A stretch of DNA of 64,000 nt from a virus, in the IMG/VR virus record IMGVR_UViG_3300045988_107814, positions 32,001 through 96,000 of that record; one strand, written 5' to 3'. The notes beneath the pieces were generated by a model. The model was not told where the DNA came from. It ran no database searches and saw only the letters and a program-made list of their open reading frames with translations. Below, in pieces: positions 7,807-18,125 of the stretch (positions within the stretch are counted from its first letter, which is position 1; the number at the start of each line of letters is the position of its first letter). Both the position numbers and the translations under genes were made by a program.

Positions 7807-9495
7807 TTATATCTTTTTCATAAGACCCAGTTGATGACGAGTAAAAAGCATGTTGTCAGGATTAATTTCTTGCTCGTCAATCTTCTTACCACATTTAGGA
7901 CATCTACGTTCAGGATATACATATGTCACATCTCTAATTAATTCACCATCATCATCTAACTTACCACCATCATACTTATCAGTTTCAACAGATAGAGCCA
8001 TCAACTGGTCAGATGTTAGAGACTTAAGGATAGTATCAAATGTCTTAATACGACGCTTATAAGTTAGAGACTTATCTGTAGCTACTGGCTTTGTGTCAAT
8101 AGGAATTAGTTCATTATTAGCATAATCAATCTTATAAATAGCATCGATATAAGATAGAAGTAATAGACGATCTTCATACTTAGCATTGAAATCTTGATTT
8201 ACAAGAGTTGGCTCAATATAAGTATTATATAGAGATGGAACCTTTAGTGCAAATACATAATCGTCAGATGCTTGATATAGAGATACTTCATATTCAGAAT
8301 TTACAGAATCAGTATTTCCTTCATGTAGAATCTTCATATACTCATCCTTAATACTATCATCTCTAAACTTTAGCATAGAATGAATTGGTACTGGTTCCAT
8401 AAATACATTATTACATTCAGTATCAGAACAAGAGAATGTGATAATGTTAGATAAACCGAATGTAGCCTTATATGCTGTAAACATGTAGTCATCAATTACA
8501 GTATTAGGTGTAATCATAGCCCAAGCTTCGAAAGACTTCGGTTTGTTAGCATCTACAATATGATCATAAATAAGCTTTAGCTTATTTTCGATATATTTAT
8601 TATAATTGCCGCTTCTTAGTCTACTAGGATCAATAGACTGAATTTCCATAGGCTTCCAAGCAGACATTCTTACAGCACGCTTCTGAGAGAATAGAACTCC
8701 GTCAGCACACTCAATAGCCTTTGTCTTGATATCATTAATTACCTTTGCAGCATTAATAGGTTTTTTAGAAATCTTGAAAGAACCAAGGTTGATCTTCTTG
8801 TCTACAGGAACAAAGTTTTTATTCACTTCTTCTCTGATAATAGCCTTAACCTTTTCTGTCTTAACCTTCTCGTCTTCCTCTTCCTTTTTATCTTCATCTT
8901 CAGAAGATTCATCTTCATCTAGATACTTTAGATCATCATCTTCGATTCCATCAAATAGATGCTCATCTTCATCATAAACAGACTCATCTTCTACCATTAC
9001 AATATTCTCAGACTTAGTACCAGCTACAGGAGCAGACACTTCAACGGTCTTTTCAATCTTAACAGGCTTCTCTTCTACTACAGGAGCTGGAGATGGTTTA
9101 ACCGTCTGTGTAGTTTCTGTTGGTTCTTCATCAAACTTATGAACTAGTACCGTATTAGAAGTTGTAGAATTAAGAGTTTCGTCAATAGTATCGATATCTG
9201 TATTATCAGAATTAATAGCTTCTTCGATTCTCTGTTCTTCACCCTTCTCATAAGTTTCATTTGTTTCTACTTGAAGTCTACTAATGGTATCATCTATACC
9301 AAGAAACGCCTTATCCAACATTGGGTTTCCAGTACCCTCAACTACATTAGGTGTACTTGGTATAACCACTTCTTTAATATTAGCTTCAGTTGCAGAAGAT
9401 GTATCTAGCTTTGGTTTTACAGGCATTCCAACTGGCGTTGCAGTAGGAACAGCTCCACTAGAAAGATCAGATAGAGTTACATTTTCATTACTCAT
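7807..9495 (-). CDS. hypothetical protein with a disordered acidic N-terminal half and a C-terminal Cys4 zinc-ribbon-like motif
   Basis: 562 aa. Contains EDEDKKEEEDEK low-complexity sequence, then CSDTEC...CPKCGKK near the C-terminus. It is translationally adjacent to the gp25-like gene. Confidence 0.75.
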   Translation of the reverse strand: MSNENVTLSDLSSGAVPTATPVGMPVKPKLDTSSATEANIKEVVIPSTPNVVEGTGNPMLDKAFLGIDDTISRLQVETNETYEKGEEQRIEEAINSDNTDIDTIDETLNSTTSNTVLVHKFDEEPTETTQTVKPSPAPVVEEKPVKIEKTVEVSAPVAGTKSENIVMVEDESVYDEDEHLFDGIEDDDLKYLDEDESSEDEDKKEEEDEKVKTEKVKAIIREEVNKNFVPVDKKINLGSFKISKKPINAAKVINDIKTKAIECADGVLFSQKRAVRMSAWKPMEIQSIDPSRLRSGNYNKYIENKLKLIYDHIVDANKPKSFEAWAMITPNTVIDDYMFTAYKATFGLSNIITFSCSDTECNNVFMEPVPIHSMLKFRDDSIKDEYMKILHEGNTDSVNSEYEVSLYQASDDYVFALKVPSLYNTYIEPTLVNQDFNAKYEDRLLLLSYIDAIYKIDYANNELIPIDTKPVATDKSLTYKRRIKTFDTILKSLTSDQLMALSVETDKYDGGKLDDDGELIRDVTYVYPERRCPKCGKKIDEQEINPDNMLFTRHQLGLMKKI

Positions 9496-9508
9496 GTTTG
9501 TTTCCTCC

Positions 9509-9928
9509 TTATTTGAAATCAGCTAAAGATGCTGTTTTTTGCAATACTTCACCAGTTTCAGTATTGATAGGTAAGTATGCATTTAATTCTTCTGATGTAA
9601 TATAAATTCTGATAACTTTTTTGTCACCAGTTTCATCATCTCCAAGAACACATCTTACATCTGTTAATGTAAATTGCGGGAGATAAGTCATGATTTGTTC
9701 TTTAATAGTATTAGATAACTTTCCCATATCTACATCCATTGAATATCTAAATCTAGATACTAACCCTACACCCATGTCTGGATGTGTTTGAAAAGTACCA
9801 GGTTCTAATAAAATAAGTCTGATAAGCATAAGTGTTTTATAATCATCACCTTCTGCTACTAAAGGCTTATAGTATTTATCAACAGATAATAGAGGTTCTG
9901 TATTATCTACTTCAATAGACAATGACAT
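9509..9928 (-). CDS. baseplate wedge protein, GPW/gp25-like
   Basis: 139 aa. LILLEPGTFQTHPDMGVGLVSRF...IKEQIMTYLPQF parallels the T4 gp25 block ITTRKGSRPFDPEFGCDL...IESAVRNYEPRI. Comparison made by eye only. Confidence 0.5.
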   Translation of the reverse strand: MSLSIEVDNTEPLLSVDKYYKPLVAEGDDYKTLMLIRLILLEPGTFQTHPDMGVGLVSRFRYSMDVDMGKLSNTIKEQIMTYLPQFTLTDVRCVLGDDETGDKKVIRIYITSEELNAYLPINTETGEVLQKTASLADFK

Positions 9929-9948
9929 GTAATTACCTCCTTTAAAAT

Positions 9949-9962
9949 ATTATAATATTGTT
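9949..9962 (-). promoter_or_regulatory. AACA-N6-TAAT candidate phage promoter
   Basis: Minus strand reads AACAATATTATAAT, 21 nt before the ATG at 9928. Confidence 0.4.
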
Positions 9963-9969
9963 TTAGATA

Positions 9970-10012
9970 TAAAAAATAAACGAAAAAGAAAACCTCGCTT
10001 TTAACGAGGTTT
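9970..10012 (-). terminator. intrinsic terminator after 10048..10980
   Basis: Stem AAACCTCG/CGAGGTTT followed on the minus strand by TTCTTTTTCGTTTATTTTTT. Confidence 0.6.
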
Positions 10013-10047
10013 CCTTGTTGTTCCGATTTAAAATAAGTTATATCTAA

Positions 10048-10980
10048 TTATTTCTTCTTGCTGTCTTCGTAGATCTTATTTACAATTTCAATAGCTCTTT
10101 CCTTTGTATCGGAAGAGCCCATGAAGCAAGAATGATGCAAGAAGTTTACTCCATCCCAATTTCTTACCTCTTCAGGAATATCTACAATATGATCATTCAT
10201 CTCTCCACCAATAGGAGTAATAGTTCTAAATACATATCCACCTCTTACATTAGGATAGATATAGAACGGTACTCCTTCTCTAGCACAAATGTTAAGAATA
10301 GAAGGGACATATGAATGAGAATATGCATAAATACCCTTATTGTATTTCTTAGCGTGTTCTACGATATATTCTGCTACCTTTGATTCTGCTGCTTTACGTC
10401 TACAAGTACTAATAATATTAGTAAAGAAGATACTGAAAATTGTAACAGCAAGGTTAAATTCCTTTTCATTATCTGACTTAGAATTTGCAAACGTATTCAG
10501 ATTTGAAATTGCATATGAAAGAGGATTATATCCAAATCCATTATCATTATCATCAATATATTTGATAAAGGAATTGTATATAGAATCTACATACTCATCC
10601 TTTACAAACAGATGTCCGATTTCTTTCCAAATAAGACCTACAGAAGAATACTTTCTTTTTACACCATCAGAATCTTCTCTGATACAATGAGCATCATTAG
10701 GATGATGCTGATGATGGTCATACATTCCCATACCAACATCATAGATTACACAGTTAGGTGTGTCATCGGTGTAACCCATTTTTGCAGGGTCAAATGTCTT
10801 TACTACCTTTACGTTCTTGAACTTATAAACATCCTGAAACAAAAACTTGAGAAGTGCAGTTGCTGCTACTTCGTCTGCATGAAATACAGGCTTACTACAA
10901 TGAGTAACCAAAGTAATTTCTGTTGTTTCATCAACAGTTTTAAAATCTTTGTTCTTAATAATGTCCATGATTTTTGCCAT
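10048..10980 (-). CDS. MYG1/UPF0160-family metal-dependent hydrolase (DHH superfamily)
   Basis: THCSKPVFHADEVAATALL, DVGMGMYDHHQ and YSSVGLIWKEIG correspond to the human MYG1 blocks THNGTFHCDEALACALL, DVGGEYD..YDHHQ and LSSAGLIYLHFG. Confidence 0.75.
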   Translation of the reverse strand: MAKIMDIIKNKDFKTVDETTEITLVTHCSKPVFHADEVAATALLKFLFQDVYKFKNVKVVKTFDPAKMGYTDDTPNCVIYDVGMGMYDHHQHHPNDAHCIREDSDGVKRKYSSVGLIWKEIGHLFVKDEYVDSIYNSFIKYIDDNDNGFGYNPLSYAISNLNTFANSKSDNEKEFNLAVTIFSIFFTNIISTCRRKAAESKVAEYIVEHAKKYNKGIYAYSHSYVPSILNICAREGVPFYIYPNVRGGYVFRTITPIGGEMNDHIVDIPEEVRNWDGVNFLHHSCFMGSSDTKERAIEIVNKIYEDSKKK

Positions 10981-11130
10981 TTTAAATGACCTCCTGAAAA
11001 TTAATTTTATTTTGATATGTACTATTTATGTCCATATCATATAAATAATATATGTATAAATTAGTTTTTACAGTATTAAAAACTTAACTATAAATACATC
11101 CATCATAAACACGAATTTAGGAGGAAATAT

Positions 11131-11919
11131 ATGGCAAAGCTTAAATATACTTTTGATGATTATATAAGGAATCCATCTGGTAAAGGTAGTGCTGTTGTAG
11201 CTACTGTAAATCTAGATCAATACCAAAAGGAATTATTATCTCTTGAAGGTAAGAATGGTAAAGCTTCTTATATTGTATATAGACAAAACAATATTGGTGG
11301 TAAACTTACTTACTTCATTCACTTTAAAATTCCTTCATCTACAAAAGGTTTCTTTAATGATGTAGTAATTGAGTTGGATGCTAATCAAGATGATACTACA
11401 ACTACAAAGACCGTAAAAGCATATAAAGTTAAATTCTTTTCTAACGATAGTAACTTTGTTTATACATATGCTTATTCATATAAATCTCATGGTGTACTTA
11501 TTACTGAACTGGAAAAACTTCTACCGTTTAGATGTATTACATCTAAACCTGTAATGCGTAATCCTGATAATGCTATGGGTTATAATAAAGATATTGTATT
11601 TGCATATATCGTAATGACCAGAGATGATCTATTTACAAAAGAGAATCTTAATAGAAATTGCAAAAATTCTGGTATTAATACTATCAGAAATTCTATTGAT
11701 AATTATGATAAGAAGGTTCGGGAACGTAGTAAAATTACACAAGAATTAAGACAAGCGAGTACAAAAGAAAAGCAAATACCAAAGACTGGGAAAGTGATTA
11801 AATCCAAGAATCTTCTAGGTTCTGATAAAACACAATCTCCAGCAAAATTAACCAAAACAGTTAAGTCTGTTATGAAATCGTCTGTCGTTTCTAGAGTTAA
11901 AAAATCTAAAAAGCGATAA
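11131..11919 (+). CDS. hypothetical protein with Lys/Ser-rich basic tail
   Basis: 262-aa ORF with AGGAGG upstream. Confidence 0.75.
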   Translation: MAKLKYTFDDYIRNPSGKGSAVVATVNLDQYQKELLSLEGKNGKASYIVYRQNNIGGKLTYFIHFKIPSSTKGFFNDVVIELDANQDDTTTTKTVKAYKVKFFSNDSNFVYTYAYSYKSHGVLITELEKLLPFRCITSKPVMRNPDNAMGYNKDIVFAYIVMTRDDLFTKENLNRNCKNSGINTIRNSIDNYDKKVRERSKITQELRQASTKEKQIPKTGKVIKSKNLLGSDKTQSPAKLTKTVKSVMKSSVVSRVKKSKKR

Positions 11920-11986
11920 GATTGTATATTATACTTGTGTATAAAAAGAAAAGTTTATATAATATTTTTACAGGAGGCATGTACAA

Positions 11987-13618
11987 ATGGATATATTTGA
12001 ATATTGTCATAGTGAAATCTATTGGTGTGAAGTTGATAAATGGATACCATTAATAGGAGAAAATATTTTTACCAATGTGAAGAATGCAATTATTCTTCCT
12101 GTATCGTCATTTTTCGGTATGACGAAATCTAATGTATTAGATACGTTTTTCTTATTACCGAAGAGATGCTATAATTCAGATGAAATAAGAAATCATATCT
12201 GTAAATATCTAAACTATTTCGAAAAATTTTATGATCATGAGCATGAACTTTTGTTCTATATGTATAAGATCAAAGTATCTATTGATATGGGTGTGTATGA
12301 TAATGCTGTTGATAATGGTGTTATTATTGATGGCATAGATAATGAGAATACACCACCTAAAATTAAAGCATTCTTATATGATATCAAAACTTATATCTTG
12401 TCCGAATCAATCTACAATAAAGTATGGAGAATGGTTGAGGATAACTATAACCTTGAATTGAATTATAAGAATAAAGCTAACGAAGCACTTCAATATTGTG
12501 ATCGACATGGTAAGTATTTTATGGAGATTAGTATCTTCCAGAATATGCTAATTCCATTGTTGATGCATTTTATGTACAAAGATGATAAGTTAAAGAATGC
12601 GACTGAAATTATGAACGGACTTATCTTCAATGTATACAACTGGTTATTCGACGTTTATAGTAATGAAGCTATAATGGTTAAACGTGGATTAAGACCAGCA
12701 GATATGTTTCAGAAACTATATGAAACTGCAATCACCACAATGAACGCTCATTATAAAACTAATAGAACATTGTGGGATATGTCTAGTATTCGTGGCTATT
12801 GCCCAAATATTAATGCACATGATGCAATTAATACAGTAATAATGCAGGTAATGCCAAAATACACCTTTGAGGGAAACGTTATTACATACAATATAACTTC
12901 TATCAGAAACAATATCAAATATAATATTTCCGATATAAGCTTTGAGTATGATTTCGTTTCTCTAAGTTCCTCAAAACGAGATGGTGAAGATAACACATCT
13001 CAATTTGATAAATTTGAAGCTCATCTACAAAAGACAGATGAGGGCTTGGCTCTACAGAATGATTTCAGAGCTAGAAAAACAATTGAAGATATTTTACAAG
13101 TTAACGGTGATATTCCTCAGAGTGAAATAGATTTTTATAGAAAAGAACTCATTAAGAATGGTCAACCGTTAATCAATAGATTCCAACAGAATCTTGTTGA
13201 TAATGTATTTTATAAATATTTTGGAGATACTGTTTCTACTAACAGTATTAATGGTGACGATTATATTAAGTTGATGATTATTGCCAAAAAACTATTACTA
13301 AGACAAGGAATGATTCTATTACCATATATAGTCGCTAGCAAGGTAGTAAAAATCTCTACTAGAACTTCTCTTTGTAAGAAAGAACTTATGAAGATGGAGC
13401 AGTCTGAGCACTATAATACACTCATGAAAAAATATAATGGTAATAAAAAGGTCATGAATATATTATTTTCGCTAATCGCAACCACGTTATCTAGTAACTT
13501 CAAGATCATTGATTATGATGAAAAGAATAATGTACCAACAGAACTCAATGGTATTGAAGTGCAAATGGAGAATGATATTATAATTGACGAAATGTTAAGA
13601 TTCGTCATTATGATATAA
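11987..13618 (+). CDS. hypothetical protein
   Basis: 543-aa ORF with AGGAGG upstream. Confidence 0.75.
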   Translation: MDIFEYCHSEIYWCEVDKWIPLIGENIFTNVKNAIILPVSSFFGMTKSNVLDTFFLLPKRCYNSDEIRNHICKYLNYFEKFYDHEHELLFYMYKIKVSIDMGVYDNAVDNGVIIDGIDNENTPPKIKAFLYDIKTYILSESIYNKVWRMVEDNYNLELNYKNKANEALQYCDRHGKYFMEISIFQNMLIPLLMHFMYKDDKLKNATEIMNGLIFNVYNWLFDVYSNEAIMVKRGLRPADMFQKLYETAITTMNAHYKTNRTLWDMSSIRGYCPNINAHDAINTVIMQVMPKYTFEGNVITYNITSIRNNIKYNISDISFEYDFVSLSSSKRDGEDNTSQFDKFEAHLQKTDEGLALQNDFRARKTIEDILQVNGDIPQSEIDFYRKELIKNGQPLINRFQQNLVDNVFYKYFGDTVSTNSINGDDYIKLMIIAKKLLLRQGMILLPYIVASKVVKISTRTSLCKKELMKMEQSEHYNTLMKKYNGNKKVMNILFSLIATTLSSNFKIIDYDEKNNVPTELNGIEVQMENDIIIDEMLRFVIMI

Positions 13619-13623
13619 ATTTT

Positions 13624-13662
13624 GAAGGGAACTTAATTGTTCCCTTCCTTACTTAAAATTTT
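13624..13662 (+). terminator. intrinsic terminator
   Basis: Stem GAAGGGAAC/GTTCCCTTC plus a T-rich tail. Confidence 0.55.
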
Positions 13663-13673
13663 GGAGGTTTATC

Positions 13674-14618
13674 ATGTTTGGAAGAAAGAAAATCGTTATA
13701 GGCAAAAACTATTTGTATGATGTAATGAACGAAACAGATATGGCAGATACAGCAACATTAGTTACAGTAATCAGCAAAAAGAAAAAAAATAAATATATGG
13801 TTATGGCTGTAAACAATTTCAAGGTATTTGAAACTGATGCCTGCTTCCTCTATCCATATACAAATCCAAAAGAAGCATCTGTTATTCGTTGCCAATATGG
13901 AACAGCAGAATTTTCAAAAAATGATATTATTACTCTTCAAGAAGCAGTTACTGTTTGTAACTTTGCTATTGAAGTATTGAATACTAACCCAGATTGTAAA
14001 ATATCTGATCTTGGTCCTGAAGATTTGCGTATAAAATCTATTGCACAGTTGATCGATTCTAAGAATAACTTTATTGATTTACAAAAGAAGTTATTACCAT
14101 ACGCTCAAATTACGGAATATAAGAATATGATTAAGAATATTCATGATAACAAGTTAGATTCGTCTAAAATTAGAAACAAGATCCAAAAGGATAGATTTAA
14201 AGAATTTCAAATTAAATTTGAAGAGGTTGTCGCTAAATATGCTAGCAAAGATATTTCGGTAAATGACTTTGTTTGTAACGCTTGTAGCGTGTTTTCTTAT
14301 AGTTTTCCTTTAGAAGTATTATATAATAAAAATAAAGTATCTTTTAATAAAAATTATTTACTACAAAGAGTAAATGAAATTATTGAAGATTTTGATAATG
14401 GATATATAGTTTTTATTATAGGAATAGATAAAAATGGAATTACTGTAAAGCCTATTTATCGTGATGATTTTAATAATTTTGAAGATCTAGTAGACTTCTT
14501 CAATTGTCTATATCCAAATATATTTGAAGATGAAGAAGGGTATGAAAAAACTAAACCTACCTATGTATTTGAAGTTATAAGAGTTAAAAACATTGAAAAA
14601 GGTGGAAATAATGTATGA
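13674..14618 (+). CDS. hypothetical protein
   Basis: 314-aa ORF with GGAGG upstream. Confidence 0.75.
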   Translation: MFGRKKIVIGKNYLYDVMNETDMADTATLVTVISKKKKNKYMVMAVNNFKVFETDACFLYPYTNPKEASVIRCQYGTAEFSKNDIITLQEAVTVCNFAIEVLNTNPDCKISDLGPEDLRIKSIAQLIDSKNNFIDLQKKLLPYAQITEYKNMIKNIHDNKLDSSKIRNKIQKDRFKEFQIKFEEVVAKYASKDISVNDFVCNACSVFSYSFPLEVLYNKNKVSFNKNYLLQRVNEIIEDFDNGYIVFIIGIDKNGITVKPIYRDDFNNFEDLVDFFNCLYPNIFEDEEGYEKTKPTYVFEVIRVKNIEKGGNNV

Positions 14619-14893
14619 ATAACACAGATGTATATATTCAAGATAAATTCATTAGAACTAGACTTACTAATATAAGAAAGTCTAAAGGTTTAACACAAGA
14701 ACAACTAGCAAATAAAGCTGGTTTATCAGCAAGTACTATAAGTAATATAGAATCTGGTGAGAACTCTTATACATTAAGAAGTCTCATTAGATGTGCTGAA
14801 GCTCTTGGTTATGAAATAAATATAGATAAGAAAGTCGGTGATAATAATGATACCGAAACAGAGAATCAAGGAGTATCTACTTCAAGCCCTTGA
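14615..14893 (+). CDS. XRE-family helix-turn-helix protein
   Basis: GLTQEQLANKAGLSASTISNIESGENSYTLRSLIRCAEALG is a typical HTH_3 pattern. Start is an ATGA overlap with the upstream gene. Confidence 0.75.
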   Translation: MNNTDVYIQDKFIRTRLTNIRKSKGLTQEQLANKAGLSASTISNIESGENSYTLRSLIRCAEALGYEINIDKKVGDNNDTETENQGVSTSSP

Positions 14894-15914
14894 TGGTGCA
14901 GCTACTGTATCTGGTGGTACAGAGATTGCAGCACCTTGTCCTGTATGTGGAGAAAGAAGAAGAAAGTTATATATTGGACCATTTGATGATTCCGATGATC
15001 CGATAAGATATAATTGTTTCATTTGTAAAGCTCATGGTTTTGTTGATGAACGCTTCTTAGATGCATGCAAAATTGATATTAATACTGATAGTGAAATTAT
15101 TAAATCTAATAGAGGTCCTGGATATGCTATGAGATTTATGAAGAGAGATAACAATGATTTTAACAGTGCTATCGATCATTCATATATCACTCCTGGACAA
15201 TTATCAGATTTTAAGCTTGATTATATCAATAAACGACTTGGATTACAATTATCCTATAAAGATTGTATAGATAATAAAATAGTCTTAAATATATTGGATA
15301 TCTATAAGAGTAATGTATTCTTAGATTATTTTACAAGGCCAGATCAAGCTATACAACAATTAAACTCATATTTTATTGGTTTTATGACTCGTAGTAGTTC
15401 AGAAATTAATATGAGAAATCTTGCATTTAATAAGCCAGATATTGTTAACAAATTCCATGAATCTATGAGATGTAAGTATATCAATTACAAAATATTTAGA
15501 AATGTATCTGTAGAGAATGACTTCTATGTATTACCTTGTAATATAGATCCATCTAGACCGGTTAATGTATATATTGCAGAAGGACCTATGGATGTACTTG
15601 GAATTAAATACAATCTTATTAAAAGTATAGATAATTGCTTGTATGTTGCTGGTAAAGGAAAAGCTTATGATAATGCAATATTGTGGTCTATAAAATCATT
15701 AGCCATGCCAGTATTAAACATTCACTTATTCCCAGATAGAGATGTGTCTAACAGTTATATTAGAGGATTGATTCTGAAATATAAAACTGTTTTTCCAAAT
15801 TATAGATTCTTTATACACAATAATCAATATGGTCATGAGAAAGATTATGGTGTACCAGAATGGAAGATATCTGATTTTATGTGGGAAGAAAAAATCAATA
15901 ATAATATTGTATAA
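14847..15914 (+). CDS. DNA primase (zinc ribbon + TOPRIM, DnaG/T7 gp4-like)
   Basis: Cys4 motif CPVCGE...CFICKAHGF. TOPRIM Glu in VYIAEGPMDVLG and DxD in FPDRDV. Start is the ATG at 14847 or the GTG at 14838. Confidence 0.7.
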   Translation: MIPKQRIKEYLLQALDGAATVSGGTEIAAPCPVCGERRRKLYIGPFDDSDDPIRYNCFICKAHGFVDERFLDACKIDINTDSEIIKSNRGPGYAMRFMKRDNNDFNSAIDHSYITPGQLSDFKLDYINKRLGLQLSYKDCIDNKIVLNILDIYKSNVFLDYFTRPDQAIQQLNSYFIGFMTRSSSEINMRNLAFNKPDIVNKFHESMRCKYINYKIFRNVSVENDFYVLPCNIDPSRPVNVYIAEGPMDVLGIKYNLIKSIDNCLYVAGKGKAYDNAILWSIKSLAMPVLNIHLFPDRDVSNSYIRGLILKYKTVFPNYRFFIHNNQYGHEKDYGVPEWKISDFMWEEKINNNIV

Positions 15915-15920
15915 TAATTT

Positions 15921-15955
15921 GGGTAGAGAGTTTCTCTCTACCCATTTATTTTTTG
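15921..15955 (+). terminator. intrinsic terminator after primase
   Basis: 10-bp stem GGGTAGAGAG/CTCTCTACCC followed by ATTTATTTTTTGC. Confidence 0.7.
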
Positions 15956-15974
15956 CTTTAGTACCTCTAAGCTC

Positions 15975-15988
15975 AACATTTCAATAAT
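15975..15988 (+). promoter_or_regulatory. AACA-N6-TAAT candidate phage promoter
   Basis: AACATTTCAATAAT, 18 nt before the ATG at 16006. Confidence 0.4.
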
Positions 15989-16005
15989 GCAAAGGAGGTA
16001 TAGAT

Positions 16006-17196
16006 ATGGGTAAGTTTATTAATAAATCATATACTAATACTATTGATTCTCTAACCAGTGGTATGATTCAAAAAGTAAAATCTGCCAATTATGTATTTAA
16101 CAACAAACCTCCTGTTTTATGTGACTGGTATAACATTGATAAAGATGCTACCACATTAGATGAAGGAAGTGGATTAGAATATTCAAGTGTCGGTAAGTCT
16201 AGTCCTATAAGATATAAATGTATTAAAGATGCTGTATTCTATTCTCAAGGTATTCAAATTGAAATTAATCTTGAATATGATGAGGATGGTTTGTCCACAG
16301 CACCTCCATCTATAAGTGGTATAGTTTTACCTAATACTTGGATTCCATATCCAGGTGATCATTTTATAATAAAACAGGCTGGCAAAGATTACTTATATAG
16401 AGTAAATAATGTAAGTTATGATACTATAGATAATGATAATAACGTATATAGTTTTGAGGCTGCTGTAGATCAGACTGGTAAAAATAATATAGAAAACCAA
16501 GTTACTGAATACTATAGAATGATAATCAATAATGTGGGCACTTCTTTTAATTCTATTATCAAAGAATCTATATATGATTGTATAGATACATTAGATGGAA
16601 TATTAGTTCAGTTAAAGAATAACTATATTGCTTTATTCTATAATGATGCTGTTCAAACATTTACTTATAATGGTATGTACGGTAATCTTTATGATCCTTA
16701 TATGATTGAGTTTATGACGAGAAATGAAATCCTAAATGGTTCTGATGAGTATATCTATTTACATCACGAAGTACCAGTACCAAGAACATTTTCTATAGAT
16801 TATAATAGTACTTTATTTAGAGCATTAGAAACTAGGTCTATTGAAAATTTCTCTTCTAAAATCTGTACCGCTGATGTTATAGATAATCAATACTCTTTAT
16901 TCAACACAGTAGTTGAGAATTACTTTATGATCAAATATAACGATAACGGAATATACAAGTTTAGTCCAATTAATGCTGAACTAATTGCTAAGGTAAAATC
17001 TAACCAAGAGTTTGATCAATATAGTCCAAATTCATATATGAATATAATTATAAAATATATGAACAAGTCTAAAATAGATTCTTCTATAATTCCATTCTTA
17101 GAAGCAATCGATTTCAAATCTACTGTAGATTTATTCTATTGTATTCCTATGATTATTTTTTGCTTAGAGAATAGTATCAAAAATTTGATGAGTTAA
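16006..17196 (+). CDS. hypothetical protein
   Basis: 396-aa ORF with AAGGAGG upstream. Confidence 0.75.
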   Translation: MGKFINKSYTNTIDSLTSGMIQKVKSANYVFNNKPPVLCDWYNIDKDATTLDEGSGLEYSSVGKSSPIRYKCIKDAVFYSQGIQIEINLEYDEDGLSTAPPSISGIVLPNTWIPYPGDHFIIKQAGKDYLYRVNNVSYDTIDNDNNVYSFEAAVDQTGKNNIENQVTEYYRMIINNVGTSFNSIIKESIYDCIDTLDGILVQLKNNYIALFYNDAVQTFTYNGMYGNLYDPYMIEFMTRNEILNGSDEYIYLHHEVPVPRTFSIDYNSTLFRALETRSIENFSSKICTADVIDNQYSLFNTVVENYFMIKYNDNGIYKFSPINAELIAKVKSNQEFDQYSPNSYMNIIIKYMNKSKIDSSIIPFLEAIDFKSTVDLFYCIPMIIFCLENSIKNLMS

Positions 17197-17232
17197 CATA
17201 CCAATAAAACCTAGTAAAGGAGGATTAATTAT

Positions 17233-17727
17233 ATGTCTGAAAAACTTGAAAAAGTAGTAACTCCTGACGATATGATGGAAGAGTTTGTAACAGACATGGT
17301 AATTGCTGACGATGAACTATCTGATTCTATTTTTACTTGTGTTGATAACTTTATTGATGATCTCTGTATCAAAATGATGGATTCTGATAAGAGTGTTTTT
17401 GAATCTGATTCTGATGATGCTGATACACCTTTTTCATATATTCTTGATAAGGTTATGGATGAAGTTGATACAATTGAAAAAATTCAAGTAGATTCATATT
17501 GTGATTCATTAAAGAAGCAATTATCAGAAAAAGACGAAGATTCATATTCTAATCGTTTTGATCCTGATTATTGTGATGGAGAAGAATTTGACGATATTAC
17601 TCCAGAAGAATTTCAATTATATATTCCAAAGGTTAACGGAGATAATGATGAAGCAGAAGAAGACTCTGCTGAATATAGAAGATATGACTTCGATAATACT
17701 TTTGAAGATTCTAATTTCAATGCATAA
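17233..17727 (+). CDS. highly acidic hypothetical protein
   Basis: 164 aa and very rich in D/E. AAGGAGG upstream. Confidence 0.75.
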   Translation: MSEKLEKVVTPDDMMEEFVTDMVIADDELSDSIFTCVDNFIDDLCIKMMDSDKSVFESDSDDADTPFSYILDKVMDEVDTIEKIQVDSYCDSLKKQLSEKDEDSYSNRFDPDYCDGEEFDDITPEEFQLYIPKVNGDNDEAEEDSAEYRRYDFDNTFEDSNFNA

Positions 17728-17741
17728 GGGAGGTAGAATAT

Positions 17742-18125
17742 ATGTATGATATGTCCGTTGATGAGATTATTGCTGATGTAATGAATGCTGGCAGAGATCT
17801 TATTGTAGAAGATGCTGTTGATGAGTATCTACTAGCTGAAAAAGATATTTTGACAGAAGCTACAACTGCTGCTGATAAGATGGTAGACCTTTCTATCGAT
17901 GCTGGCTTTGATGATGAATCTCAATATCTTGAAGATGACGAAGAAATTAATGCTATGCTAGATGAAGATATTGTTGAAGATATCCCTGGCGAAGATGATA
18001 TTTTTCAAAATACAATTGATGAACTAAATGAAGATGAAGATATGATTGAGGATATTGAAGATATTCTTTGTCCTTATGATGATTTAGATGCATTGATTGA
18101 TGGTGAACAAGACTACGTAGAATAA
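17742..18125 (+). CDS. highly acidic hypothetical protein
   Basis: 127 aa with D/E runs (DEDIVEDIPGEDD, NEDEDMIEDIEDI). GGGAGG upstream. Confidence 0.75.
   Translation: MYDMSVDEIIADVMNAGRDLIVEDAVDEYLLAEKDILTEATTAADKMVDLSIDAGFDDESQYLEDDEEINAMLDEDIVEDIPGEDDIFQNTIDELNEDEDMIEDIEDILCPYDDLDALIDGEQDYVE

Noticed and set aside
14615-15914. A programmed frameshift fusing the XRE HTH protein to the primase, suggested by the 47-56 nt overlap of the two frames.
   Set aside because: There is no slippery heptamer in the overlap. The primase N-terminus beginning at ATG 14847 already aligns with the usual region preceding the zinc ribbon. The HTH tail looks like a disordered extension.
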